Shown: positions 28,705 to 41,265 of the stretch, piece after piece | Position numbering within the stretch: the stretch's first letter is position 1 | Layout: every line of letters begins with the position of its first letter | Source: the human T2T-CHM13v2.0 reference genome, Homo sapiens | Strand: one strand, 5' to 3' | DNA length: 64,000 bases | NCBI RefSeq assembly: GCF_009914755.1 | Contig: NC_060944.1 | Notes under the pieces: generated by a model | The model's input: the letters and a program-made list of their open reading frames with translations, nothing else | Database searches by the model: none | What the model was told of the DNA's origin: nothing | Position numbers and translations under genes: made by a program

Positions 28705-29140
28705 ACGGGGATGGTTTTCTGTTTGCCCCACTGTGTTCTCTGTGCTGCTCTGCCCAGGGAGGCTGACCTCTGCAGACTGTGTCACCTGAGCCCCCTGATC
28801 TCTCGGCCAATAGAGGTCCCAGCTGAGAACGGGGAGAGAGGAGTCAGGGTATTTGTTTCCCCCATTCCCTGTCAGCCCCCCTTTTTGCCTGCCTGAAGCT
28901 CTGGTGGTGGTTGTGGTTCCTCCATGGTCACAGCTTTGCTGAGTGGCCTCTCTCCTGTGTCCCATGACCCCAGTTGGCATCGGGCTTTGGTAGAGATATT
29001 TCTATCCTGGTGCCACACTAGCCCTTATTAGTTTTCTTCATCTGATCTATGCCTTTAGAAACTGTCACATCACTAAACCCTTCAGTGAAACCCTTTCGAA
29101 TGTGTCATTTATTTTCTGTTGCCACCCTGACTGGCTCACC
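28705..29140 (+). mobile_element. LTR33-like ERVL solo LTR
   Basis: ttctgtttgcccc...ctgctctgcccagggaggctgacctctgcagactg...ggccaatagagg...agggtatttgtttcccc. Confidence 0.72.
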
Positions 29141-29624
29141 TGGGTGCAGAGGAGGTGGGGACAGAGCAGGTTGGGGCTCCAGTTCAGCTCTATTATCCCT
29201 CTTTTTCAGGGTTTCCCAGAGGAAGAGAGAGAATTTGGACAAATGAATGAGGAACAACGCTCTCCTGAGGGTTTTCTTTAAGGGGCGAGGATCACTGCCG
29301 CTAGCTCCTTTGAAAGCAAAGTTAAGAGGCAGCGCAGGAAGGCACAGCAGGAAGGCTCATGGTTAGACTACAGAGAAGGAAGCAGCCACTGCTGGGGACC
29401 TACCCTGTGCTGGTCACTGACAAGCTGTCTCATTAAACCTTCCCGGACCCTCAACCCCTCCTAGTATCTTATCCTCATTTTACAGATGAGAAGACTGCGG
29501 CCAAGAGAGGTAAAGTTCTGGGGAGCAGGATGGGAGCTTCACTTTGTCTCAGTTGCTCTGGCAAAGAGAAGCCTCACCTTGTGATCAAGAGATTGGGAGG
29601 GTGACAGATAAATTTTGGCTTAAG

Positions 29625-29850
29625 TGTCAACATAGCACTGGGAATCTGGAGCTAGACGGCACTGGCTTGACTCCTTGTATCTGCCTCTTAGTAGCTGTGT
29701 GATACTGGGCATACCTCTGTTTCCCCATCTATAAAAATGGGGCTAATGTTAATAACACCTGCCTTACAGGTTGTGTAGTAGGTTGAATTTGTAGTTATGA
29801 GGTGCCCAGGAACAGTGCTAGCACACAGTGAGCGCCATACACAAGTGTTA
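29625..29850 (+). mobile_element. MIR
   Basis: tagctgtgtgatactgggca...tttccccatctataaaaatgggg. Confidence 0.8.
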
Positions 29851-31989
29851 AAGAATGGAGCCTCCTGCTCTCTCCTTATTTTCCACCCCCTGCCCTCTTC
29901 TCATTGCCCACCTTCCCTGCCTTCTCCTCACCATCCTGAAAAAGGATGAACAGCCACCCAGGAGCCCCTGAACAAGCATGTTGGCCCCAGGCCCTTTGTG
30001 AGCATGCTTTTCCCTGCCCTGCCCCTTGTCATCACCATTCTGGATGGAGCAGCAAGGACGGAGACACTTATTTGGGTTATCCACTCCAGGTCCAATGCCA
30101 GTGGGATCAGCTTCGATGGGATGCGCACAGACTGACCTCTTTTCCCCAGCCCCTTCAACTTCCCAGAGCTGCAGGGGGCCTGGGAGTTCTTGGTAACAGC
30201 ACATTAAACCTCTGTTTGTGGGAACTTTAATTTAAACACAAATTAGAGAAGGCAAATGACTCTGGCAGCCAGATAAGCCATCCCAGGAAAACAAGGAGAA
30301 AGCCAAGAGAATCAGCCCAGATAAGGTCTGACTTTAAACTACTGCTGATACCCAGAAGCCTGGGACAGATGAAATCTAGGGGTCCTGAATGAAGAACCCC
30401 AGAAGCTCCACACCCCAGTTGTCCTTGCTCTGGGCTCTATGCCAGCTCCCTTTCCTGTGTTCTCTATATTTCTATCTTTTTGCAAAATTTTATCCTGATT
30501 CTTTGGCTCCATCCCTCCCACCCCCACCCTACTGTTTTAGAGAATGCACTTTCTTTACTTTGCTTCTCATCTTCTTCTGTGACCTACTATTCTGAGAAAG
30601 TTCTACTTGTTATCTAACCTCCATCTATGCTACTACCTTTAGAGTCTAATACATCCTGCTTAGTGATAACTCTGGGAGTTTCTGTTCATGTGGCAAATGT
30701 GGTGTAGTAAAAACAACCTGAAAAAGACCTGGGTGAACTTCTCTGCATCTCAGTTTCCTCATCTGTATGATGAGCGTGTGAGAAAGAATCTCTAAGGACT
30801 TGTAAACTCTGACTTCTCACAGAGAATCTGAGGACAAGGACATCCAAGGAAATCTCTATTGTTCTGGAACCCATGAATTTTCCACTGTTCTACTGTTTGG
30901 GAGTGAGCGTGGGGAGAGCAGTCCAGCCTATTGATTCCTTTCTGGGAGGGGTCTACAGGCTTTGCTTCTACCCTTCCGCCCACAACCCAGACTCAGGCCA
31001 GGCCCAGGCCCAGGAGAGAGGCTGCCTTTTCAGTTCTGTCAAGGCCTGCTGAGCCCAGCTCTGTGGGGCTGTGGCTGTTAAGATGTTGTCTCTGTCCTCT
31101 GGGGTAGGAGCAACATATGTTCCCTCTGTCACAGCACCTGTGAGGGTGGCAGAGGGATGGCAACCCCCAAGAGGGCAGGGTTCCATCTCTCCAACTGACC
31201 TTGAAGCATCTTTTTATCCTGCTTTTCTGGGAGGCTTAAAGTGAAGGCAGAGGGAGATATCACACAGTCCCAAAGCCCCCACTAAATGGGGAGCTACTGT
31301 CTTTCATCTTTCATGCAGGGTAAAAGAAGACACCTCAGCTACAGCAAGAGGAAAGAAGGTCAAACCACAGGCAGAACTTTCAGGTTGAATGTTAGAGCAG
31401 ACTGTGATCCCAAGAGGTCATCCAAGACCCTTGGTCTCAGAGGATGCCTATGAGGCCCTGGTCCCTGGCTGGGGTGGGAACAATAATCCCAACAGCCCCA
31501 TGCCAGACTGACTTGGGAGTCAGAAGGTACGTGGGACTAGAATAGAAGGACTTTGGCATTTTCCCTGGCCTAGGGCCCTTAGACAGAAGTGGGCAGCTGC
31601 CATCAGGAGCCTGGGGCCCAACTGTGTCCCCACCTTTCCCACCTCCCCCCTCCTGAGTGCCTGGCTGCCCCTGGAGCCCCAGGCTTGCCTGCCATCTGGG
31701 CAGCTCAGAGGAGAGCCCACTGCCAAGGGAGTGCCAGCGTTGATTTATGGCCCACAACCTTGGCAGGCTCAGGCTGTGTGCCCGAACCACCTTTGCTCAG
31801 GGAAGAGATGCTCCTCTTAAAGGGACAGTGCAGAGGAATGCAGGAATGTCCAGGATGAAAGCTTAGCAGGGGGCTGGCAAGGAAGACCTCCACCCATCAG
31901 CACTCTGGGTGACTGTCACTCCTTAGGGAAACTTCTCCCTAGGGAACCGCCCATCATACCTGTTATCATACCCTATCCTTTGTGGACTT

Positions 31990-32170
31990 GGCCCAACTGT
32001 AACATATTAATATGTTTACTGTCAGTCTCTCCCACTGGACTGTAATCTCTAGGAGGGTAGAAACCAGACCCATTGTGCTCATTCCTGAATATTCAGCACC
32101 CAGCACAGTGCCTGGCGCCTAATAAGATCTCAGTAAGAATTTGTCAAGTGTAGGAAAGAATGAATAAATG
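31990..32170 (+). mobile_element. L2 3' end
   Basis: cccactggactgtaatctc...cagcacagtgcctggc...gaatgaataaatgaa. Confidence 0.8.
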
Positions 32171-32480
32171 AAGGTCCTTGTCCATGAGGTGGAGGGAAGC
32201 CCACATATCTTCTTAGTGCCTGCCATGGTTTCCGAGACCCTGCGGCATCTGCTGCTACCCGCAGGATCTCTCCCTCCAGGACCCTTCCTCAACCCTGTCA
32301 TATCAACCCAGGACCAATGGGGCCAATCTTATCTGGATACCCTTGCCTCCCCACTTCCCTTGAGTCACCTTTCTTAAGTCCTTCACACAATGTTCTTTTC
32401 CTCCCATTTTCCTTCCTCCAAGATACTTTCTCAGATTACCTATGGCCTCAGTGCTGGATTCAGATACTCTTTCAGATGGT

Positions 32481-33470
<990 letters not shown>

Positions 33471-33619
33471 CAGTCACCTGGGTGTGCACAGCAGCATTTG
33501 GGGGATGGGAGTGGGAGGGGAGCTTTCCCAAACTGCACATTCCTATCTCTTTTACATTTTGAAAGCCCCTACCCTTCCAATGTGGGAGGACCATTGCTTA
33601 AAATCTTTGGAGAAGCAAC

Positions 33620-33747
33620 CCTGGCCTTACCTGGAAGCTGGTTAGAAAACAGAGCTCAGGTGCCACCCCAGATCTACTGAGTCAGAATGTGTATTTTAAC
33701 CACGTCCCAGGTCATTTGTATGCACAGTGGTGTTTGAGAAGCAGTGT
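33620..33747. mobile_element. MER5A (hAT-Charlie) fragment
   Basis: ccccagatctactgagtcagaat...ttttaaccacgtcccaggtcatttgtatgcacag...tttgagaagca. Confidence 0.7.
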
Positions 33748-34653
33748 TTCAGGAAATACCTCACAGGAGGAATGGAGTGTGAGGACATCAGAGGATGTGA
33801 GGTGGGTGGGGTTGGGGGGTTGGTTGCTGAAGAGTGGATTTGAATCAGAGATGGGGGTCTGAGTGTGTATATGTGCCTCTGTGTGTGTGTTCCTCCAGCC
33901 CTAATGACTGTGGGCTATCTGAGGATGTGCATCTCCAAGTGCTTTTCCTTCCATGGGTGTGGAGTACCAGGGGATACTGTACATCTTTATCCCACTGTGA
34001 CAATGCCCCCACTTCCACCTACAGCTGTGAGTCAAACAGAATCTGCCAACCTCTGGGTTGCGGGAGCATCTTGGAAGCAAGGCAAGACAAGGAGATCCCT
34101 TGTTCCTGATCTCCGGCAATCCATTTATTTGACTCCAGTCTCATAAAGGCGTCCTGATGAACCCAATCTCTTGCTAATGGTTATGAGCCAAGACCTGGGG
34201 ATTTATGGCTGAGGCCTCCGTGGCCACGAACAGGAGTAGGGCTGCACACAGGAGGCCAGGCTGTGCATGGCTTCAGTTCATAGAGGCCTGTACCCAGAAC
34301 CACGGTGGGGACTACCACACCCCCACCTCCAAATCTGGGGCAAAGAACATTGCCCTGGGTGGGGGAAGCTGGGCTAAGGAGAAAAAAGACCTCTGGCTGG
34401 AGATGTCCAGGGATGAAGGGTGAGTGTCTGGGAAACTGGCCTGACTTGGCTGGGTGGGGTTTAGGGGGAGATACTGGAGAAGTGAGTGGAAAGGGCACTG
34501 GAATTGGACCCAGTCAAACTGGGGTTCAAATCCTGGATCTGTTTTCCACCCATGTATGACACTGGACAAATCATGGCTCTCCCTGAGCCTCATTTTTCTC
34601 ATCTGTCGATGGGAATTGTGACGCTATCTCATAGGTTTGTGAGAATTAAATGA

Positions 34654-34925
34654 GGCCAGGTACGGTGGCTCATGCCTGTAATCTCAGCACTCTGGGAGGC
34701 CAATGTAGGAGGATTTCTTGAGCCCAGGAGTTCAAGACCAGCCTAGGCAACATGCTGAAACCCTGTCTCTACAAAAATACAAAAATTAGCCAGGTGTGGT
34801 GGCATGTGCCTGAGGCTGATGTGGGAGCATTGCTTGAGCCCAGGAGCTTGAGACTGCAGTGGGCCATGATCATGTCACTGCACTCCAGCCTGGGTGACAG
34901 AGTGAGATCCTATCGAGAGAGAGAG
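34654..34925 (+). mobile_element. AluJ with internal deletion, inserted in a MIR (~34500-34980)
   Basis: TSD gagaattaaatgag; right arm lacks the tagtcccagctact segment. Confidence 0.88.
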
Positions 34926-35049
34926 AGAATTAAATGAGATAATGTTTGTGAAAAGCACTTCGAATATCAAATGTATATATTTAAGTGGGTCAAGAGATTG
35001 GGATTCTAATTCCAGCTCCACCACTAACTTGCTGGGATTCTAGCACTAG

Positions 35050-35428
<379 letters not shown>

Positions 35429-35863
35429 TAGTTGCCCCATAGATACTAAGAGGGGACACAGTGCTCTTTTGGTTGCCTCCAGCTCTGATGTTTTGTGGTT
35501 CTAACGAGGAGTCCTTGTTTGGAAATGGAACTTTGGAATGGTTTGGATCTCATTCTGGCCATAGAGAGGGCATCATTGCAACTGTGGCTTCAGGGCCAAT
35601 GTGCGGTTGGGGGGGCTGAGTCAATACAGCCCCCTCTTCCTTGATAGTGCCATCCTGTGAGTATAACTCCTGTATGGGTGCTGGACACAGTGTTGGGGAA
35701 GACTGTGCAACAGGGGTAAGTAGGAAAGGCCCTGTGGTAGGGGGTTAGCTGGGTATCCATGGCAATGCCTGAACTACTCATGCCTTTTGCACAAGTAGGT
35801 CTTCAAATAATCTCTTCTGCTTCCCTCTTTCCCACTCTTTCCCTGTCTAAGGTGTGTGGTGTT

Positions 35864-35864
<1 letters not shown>

Positions 35865-35898
<34 letters not shown>
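35865..35898. repeat. (GT)n microsatellite
   Basis: Directly visible. Confidence 0.95.
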
Positions 35899-35899
<1 letters not shown>

Positions 35900-36824
35900 T
35901 AACCTGATTGGGAGAGTAAGCCAAATGGAGTGAAGTGGAGAAACATCCCCAAAAGTCCCAGGTAGAGACCTAAGGATTCCTAAATCACAGTGCAGAACAG
36001 GGTCCTCTACCCTTTTCCCATTCTGGGAACATCCTGAAGCCAGTCATTGTGGGAGAGAGACATGACCCCAACCCAGCCTCACAGACAGCACCCCTCTTCC
36101 ATGCTTTGCCCTACCCTCCTTCCGTGTGCTTGTATCCTAACCTTAAGCCCTAGAGACTTCTAGGTACCCAGAGAGCAGCCTATTCAATGATGTTTACTGA
36201 GCGCATGTTATGTGTCTTGCACTGGGCCTGGAGCAAGGGCTAAGGAGTGAAATTAGACCTGATCCCTGTCCTGAAGATGTCACAGCTGAGTAGGCAGAAA
36301 GACTTTAAACAGATAATGGCAACACGATGTGCTAAGGAACATCAATGTACAAGATAACAGGTAGTCTGTATTTATGGGAGAGGGAGGCGTAAAAGAAGAT
36401 GCTTCAGCTGCTTTCTAAACATGTTTGTCGTGGAACATTAAAAACATATGAAAACAGAGCAGTATAGTGTCCTCATCATGCAGCTGCAACAATGGTCACA
36501 CCAGGATCTTGGAGTGTCTATACTCCCACCCACGTTCCATACCCCACTGCGCCATTACTTGGGGTGGAACTGGGGTGGTTTTGAAAGAGGAACAGCAATT
36601 CCCCAAGTAGAAAGTGCTGGAGGGCAAAGTTTGCAGGCAGAGGGGATGCTGTGCTCAGAAGCTTGAGCAGTGCCTGATGCTGGTGCACCAAACCGAAGCT
36701 GAAGGAGTGGGACAAGATGCTTTGGCCCCCGTGCATGCTGGCCCTAATGCATCTGTCACACAGCGTGCCCTGTGGCTCCTTTTGGAACTCAGGTCTCCAG
36801 GCAAGTCTTCAGCAGAGCCAGATT

Positions 36825-37900
36825 AGCGCAGAGCCAGCCCTTTGAGTGCAGGGAGTGAGGAGGCACCGCTAAGATGGCGGGCCTTGGCTGGGCGTCCGCG
36901 GGGCCTTGGTGGGCCTAGAGCGCTAGGGACTGGCACGCACCAGCACTGACGGGCAAAGCGGGCGCAGTCAGGCCCTCCACCCCGCGTCGGCACACGGTCT
37001 TAAATATTACACCAGAGTTTTCAATTATCTCTCCTTAATGGATTTGTAGGGGCTCTTTCATCAAGCGCGGGGTGGCTGGGTGTGGGGGTGCGGGGAGCCG
37101 CGGCGAGGGCTGGAGCTGGGAAAATGGCCCATATTTCAATATGAAAGCCCTTTACGATCGTCAGCAGCATGAAAGATGCTGCAAATTAAACGGAGCTGCC
37201 CGCGCCAGCCTCTCCATCTCGCAAGTTTTAATTAACGCTGAGGGGGAGGCGGCTGACGGGCGGGTGGGAGCCGGGCCAGCGGCGGATCTGGGAGCCTGCG
37301 GATCCCAGATTCCGAACTGGAGCGTCAGGGATCTCGCGGGCCGGGCCAGGCCAGGCGGAGGCGGAGGGTGGTGGTCTCCGAGCCCGTGGAGATGGGCAAG
37401 GCTGAGGGGTGGGGGACAGGTTGGAAGGTCTCTGAGCATCTGACCGCGAAACAAAACTCTGCAACTGAAGGCAGGAAGCTTTGTTCTTAAAGGTGAGGGG
37501 GCTTGTGGCCAAATCATCGAGCTCTTCATCCCCAGGCTCCTTCAGCGCGCGTCCTTCTGCCTCTCTTCTTTCGACCAACACTTCCCCCAAACGCTCCCCC
37601 GCGTTGATTCCCGGTCCCCTCCCACCTCATCCTGTGGCTCCTTGTTTCGGGAGGCAGGCGTGCTTCTGTGACCCCGCGGCTCCTGTTCTGGGACATCTGC
37701 TTTCTCCATCACTCCCTGGCTTCCCGGGCGGGCCCCATCCTCCGGAGCGGATCGGAGCAGTGCGCACAGAAGCGCCACTGTTCTGCCTTGGCAGGGCCTG
37801 GCCCAACAGCTTGTGCCTGCGCAGCAGACCCATCCATCTGGCGGGAAGGATGGAGCGACGTCCGGCTGCCCGCTCTGAGGACTCCCTAGGGAGACACCTC
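36825..37900. promoter_or_regulatory. CpG island with YY1 motif and embedded AT-rich homeodomain-site blocks
   Basis: Dense CpG; AAGATGGCGG 36871-36880; TTAATGG 37035, TTTACGA 37151, TTAATTAA 37228. Confidence 0.75.
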
Positions 37901-38708
37901 TGCCTTGGCCCAGACTCGTCTCTTCCTTTCTCCCCACCCGCCAACCCTTCCCCCAACTACCAGCTCAGTATATACTTCTGTCTCTCCTCCTTTCCTTGCT
38001 TCTCCTCCTCCCTCCCATACACATGCAGCCTGGGGCCTGGGGCCCAGGAAAGCCACTCCTCTCATGGGTCACACTGAGAAGTCCTTCCTCCACCTGCATC
38101 CACATGGCAGGGCATAACTCTAAAGCTTAAAAAGATCCAGCGATCTCAGTGGACCACAATCCAAAGCTAAGTCAGCCAACCAACACTCAAGGGCTTAAAT
38201 CAAGGACTTTGGGCAAACACTATATAGTGGAGGAATTAGAAAAATAATACAAATAAAATACATGGTCATTATTCCTGGGTATTTACAGATACTTTGTGCT
38301 TCCTGAAATGTTTTGCAGAAATCACATTCTCCTCTCATTGTGCTACACAGCTTGTAAGCACCAAGACAAGGAATTCTATGATAAAGCAAAAAGAAAAGAA
38401 AAGAAAAAATCCTCTTCTACTTTCTTCTCGGTGTGTATTTTTTCTTGTCAATTTCTGATAATCTATGAAGCCTACTTAAAATAGTGCCTGCTTATGCAGT
38501 ATGGTTAGGATGATGAACACACACTTAAACAGGATAGGGAATAAGTACAAACTACAAGTGCTGTGGGGATGCAGAGTAATAGGACAAGTGGTGAAAATTA
38601 AAACATTTTTGGCTTAATCAAGGAGTACTTCCTGGAGGAGGGGAGATCTGATTTGGAAGGAGAGGTGATATAAACTTGAAAAGAAAGTTCCAGATGTGGA
38701 AACACTGG

Positions 38709-39016
38709 TTTTATTCTTTATTTTTATTTTGAGACAGGATCGTACTCTGTCACCCAGGTTGGAGTGCAGTGGCACGATCTTGGCTCACTGCAACCTCCAC
38801 TTCCCGGGTTCAAATGATCCTCTGCCTCAGCCTCCTGAGTAGCTGGGACTACAGGCGTGTGCCACCACACCCAGCTAATTTTTTTGCTTTTTTTGTAGAG
38901 ATGGGGTTTTGCCATATTGCTCCAGCTGGTCTTGAACTCCTGGACTCAGGCGATTCCCCAGCTGCCTTGGCCTCCTACAATGCTGGGATTATAGATGTGA
39001 GCCACCACAGCTGGCT
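38709..39016 (-). mobile_element. Alu (J-like)
   Basis: Reverse-complement dimer; acac(t/c)ggtt on both flanks. Confidence 0.9.
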
Positions 39017-39429
39017 AACACCGGTTCTAAAATTAGGCAGAATCTATATTTTACTTCAGGTTGAGGAACAGATAATCTTGGCTATATTTTCCCTGACAAT
39101 ACAGTAAGATGAAAGAAGCCTTGTGCAATAGCAGGAAGAATTCAGGGTAGACAGTGGGATCTTGGCTAATGCTGGAGACTAAAGTGAATGGAGAGAGACC
39201 CTGAAGCACCCTTCTCCCATACTTGGCTATGGGCTATGGGAGGGATGCCTGGACTCTGAGACTTGGTCACCATGTTGTGTTTTGCCATTAGAAGATTTGG
39301 ACATGAAGTTGAATAAGGCAGGAACGACCTCATGGCATCAACCACAACCCCCAATGTGGCTGGAGAATGAGGGAGAGAGGGCAAAGAATATCTTCCTCTT
39401 ACTCAGATTGTAAGTGGAGAAACTGAAGT

Positions 39430-39780
39430 CCATTCACTCAAATTGATAAGTGTCTACTGAGCACCTCCTATGTGGCAAGCACTATATAGGCCCTAAGGAC
39501 CCAAAGATGATCAGGGCATGGTCCCTGTCAACATGGTGCTCACAGTCTAGTGGGAAATAGAGTTCACTCGTCATTCTATCATTCAATCAAAAACAAAAAG
39601 TATTGAGCACTTACTCTGAGCGAGGCAGAGTTGCAGGTGCTGGAGATGCAACTGTGAACAAGACAGACTCAATCCCTGCCCCATCAGAGAGTACCACCTG
39701 GTGCAGAAGACACATACATAAACAGGTAGCTATAATTCAGGGTGATGTATGCTATGAAGGGGAAAGGACAGTTGCCATGG
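39430..39780 (-). mobile_element. Two L2 3'-end fragments
   Basis: cattcactca...tactgagcacctcctatgtggcaagcact; cattcaatca...tattgagcacttactc...gtgctggagatgca. Confidence 0.75.
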
Positions 39781-40671
39781 GGTGGTATATCTATAGATAT
39801 GCCATAGATCCATAGGTTCCCATGAGGGGATCTATCCGAGTCTGTGAAAGGGGATGCGAGGATGATGTGGAAGAAGCAACACCAAATCTGATCTGCTCAC
39901 AAGGTGCGCAGAAGTCAGGTGTGGGATGGCATGGGGAGGGTGACCTGGGCCTAGAGTTTGTGTTCCTTCTCAGCATATTACTAGGAGCTGTGGCCAAATC
40001 AGGCCCAGGCAGAGCTTCTTCCCTCTAGTCACAGGATAGCACTGGCCTACACCAACACAGCTCTTCCAACAACAGCAGGGGAAACCAGATGATAATCCTA
40101 ACAGAGCCAGACCAAGGAATGAGTTTATCAGTTTTCCTTTTTCTGCTGGGAAGTTTCTGCCTTGGAGCTAGGCTATGTGGGTGGAGGCTGGGAGGTGGGA
40201 GGGCACTGTGGAGGATCTTACTCTTTCCACCCTCCTCTCACTGATCCTAGTTTTGAACAAGAAACAGGTGATCTGTTTCTCTAGTTGCAGCTGAATAGAA
40301 ACCAGGACAAGAAAGTGTTGTCCTCCCCAGGCACGTTTCTGTCTCCTGGGTCCTAACCAGCTGCCTACTTGAGCCATCTGACTTCAATCCACAGGGCCTC
40401 CCAGGAGCTGAATCCAGAAGGGCAAGAACAAAGTAGTAAAGCAGGAAAGGGCATTCAGAAGAGAACAGCATGAGCAAAGGCTGCAAGGCCAGAGCACTTG
40501 GAAACTGCAAGTCCCTCAGTGTAAAGATGAGTCTGTAGAGGAGGTTGACACAAGCTTGTGAAAGACCCAGTATGCCAGGCTAAGGGGGTGGGAACAGTGA
40601 GGGACACTGAGGGTTTTATGGCTTAAATTTTGACAAGTGTATCTACAATATAGACAACTAATGTAACACTC

Positions 40672-40960
40672 CTTTTTTTTTTTTTTTTTTTTTTTTTTGA
40701 GACGGAGTCTCACTCTTTCGCCCAGGCTAGAGTTCAGTGGTGAGATCTTGGCTCACTGCCACCTGAGCTTCCTGGGTTCAAGTGATTCTCCTGCCTTAGC
40801 CTCCTGAGTAGCTGGGACTACAGACTGATCCCACCACATCTGGCTAATTTTTTGTATTTTTGGTAGAGACAGGGTTTCGCCATGTTGGCCAGGCTGGTCT
40901 TGAACTCCTCAGCTCAAGTGATCCACCTGCCTCAGCCTCCCAAAGTTCTGGGATTACAGG
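40672..40960 (-). mobile_element. AluS
   Basis: Long T tract followed by reverse-complement dimer. Confidence 0.92.
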
Positions 40961-40966
40961 GAACAC

Positions 40967-41265
40967 TTTTTTTTAAATTTTTTTTTTTGAGACAGAGTCT
41001 TGCTTTATCATCCAGGTTGGAGTGAAGTGGCTCAGTCATAGCTCACTGCAGCCTTGACCTCCCATACTCAAGCAATCCTTCTGCCTCAGCCTCCTGAGTT
41101 GCTGTTAATTTTTTTTTTTTTTTGTAGAGACAGGGTCTCACTATGCTGCCCAGGCTAGTCTCAAATTTCAAGAGACCAAGGCGGGAGGATGGCTGGGCTC
41201 AAGAGATCCTCCTGTCTTGGCTTCTCAAAGTGCTGGGATTATAGGCATGAGTCACTGCCTGTCCG
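40967..41265 (-). mobile_element. AluJ carrying a short inverted insertion
   Basis: Reverse-complement dimer with a sense-strand Alu snippet at ~41170-41192. Confidence 0.85.

Noticed and set aside
37072-38117. ORFs of 109-198 aa in the CpG island
   Set aside because: Stop-poor GC-rich DNA open in several frames on both strands; no recognisable protein.
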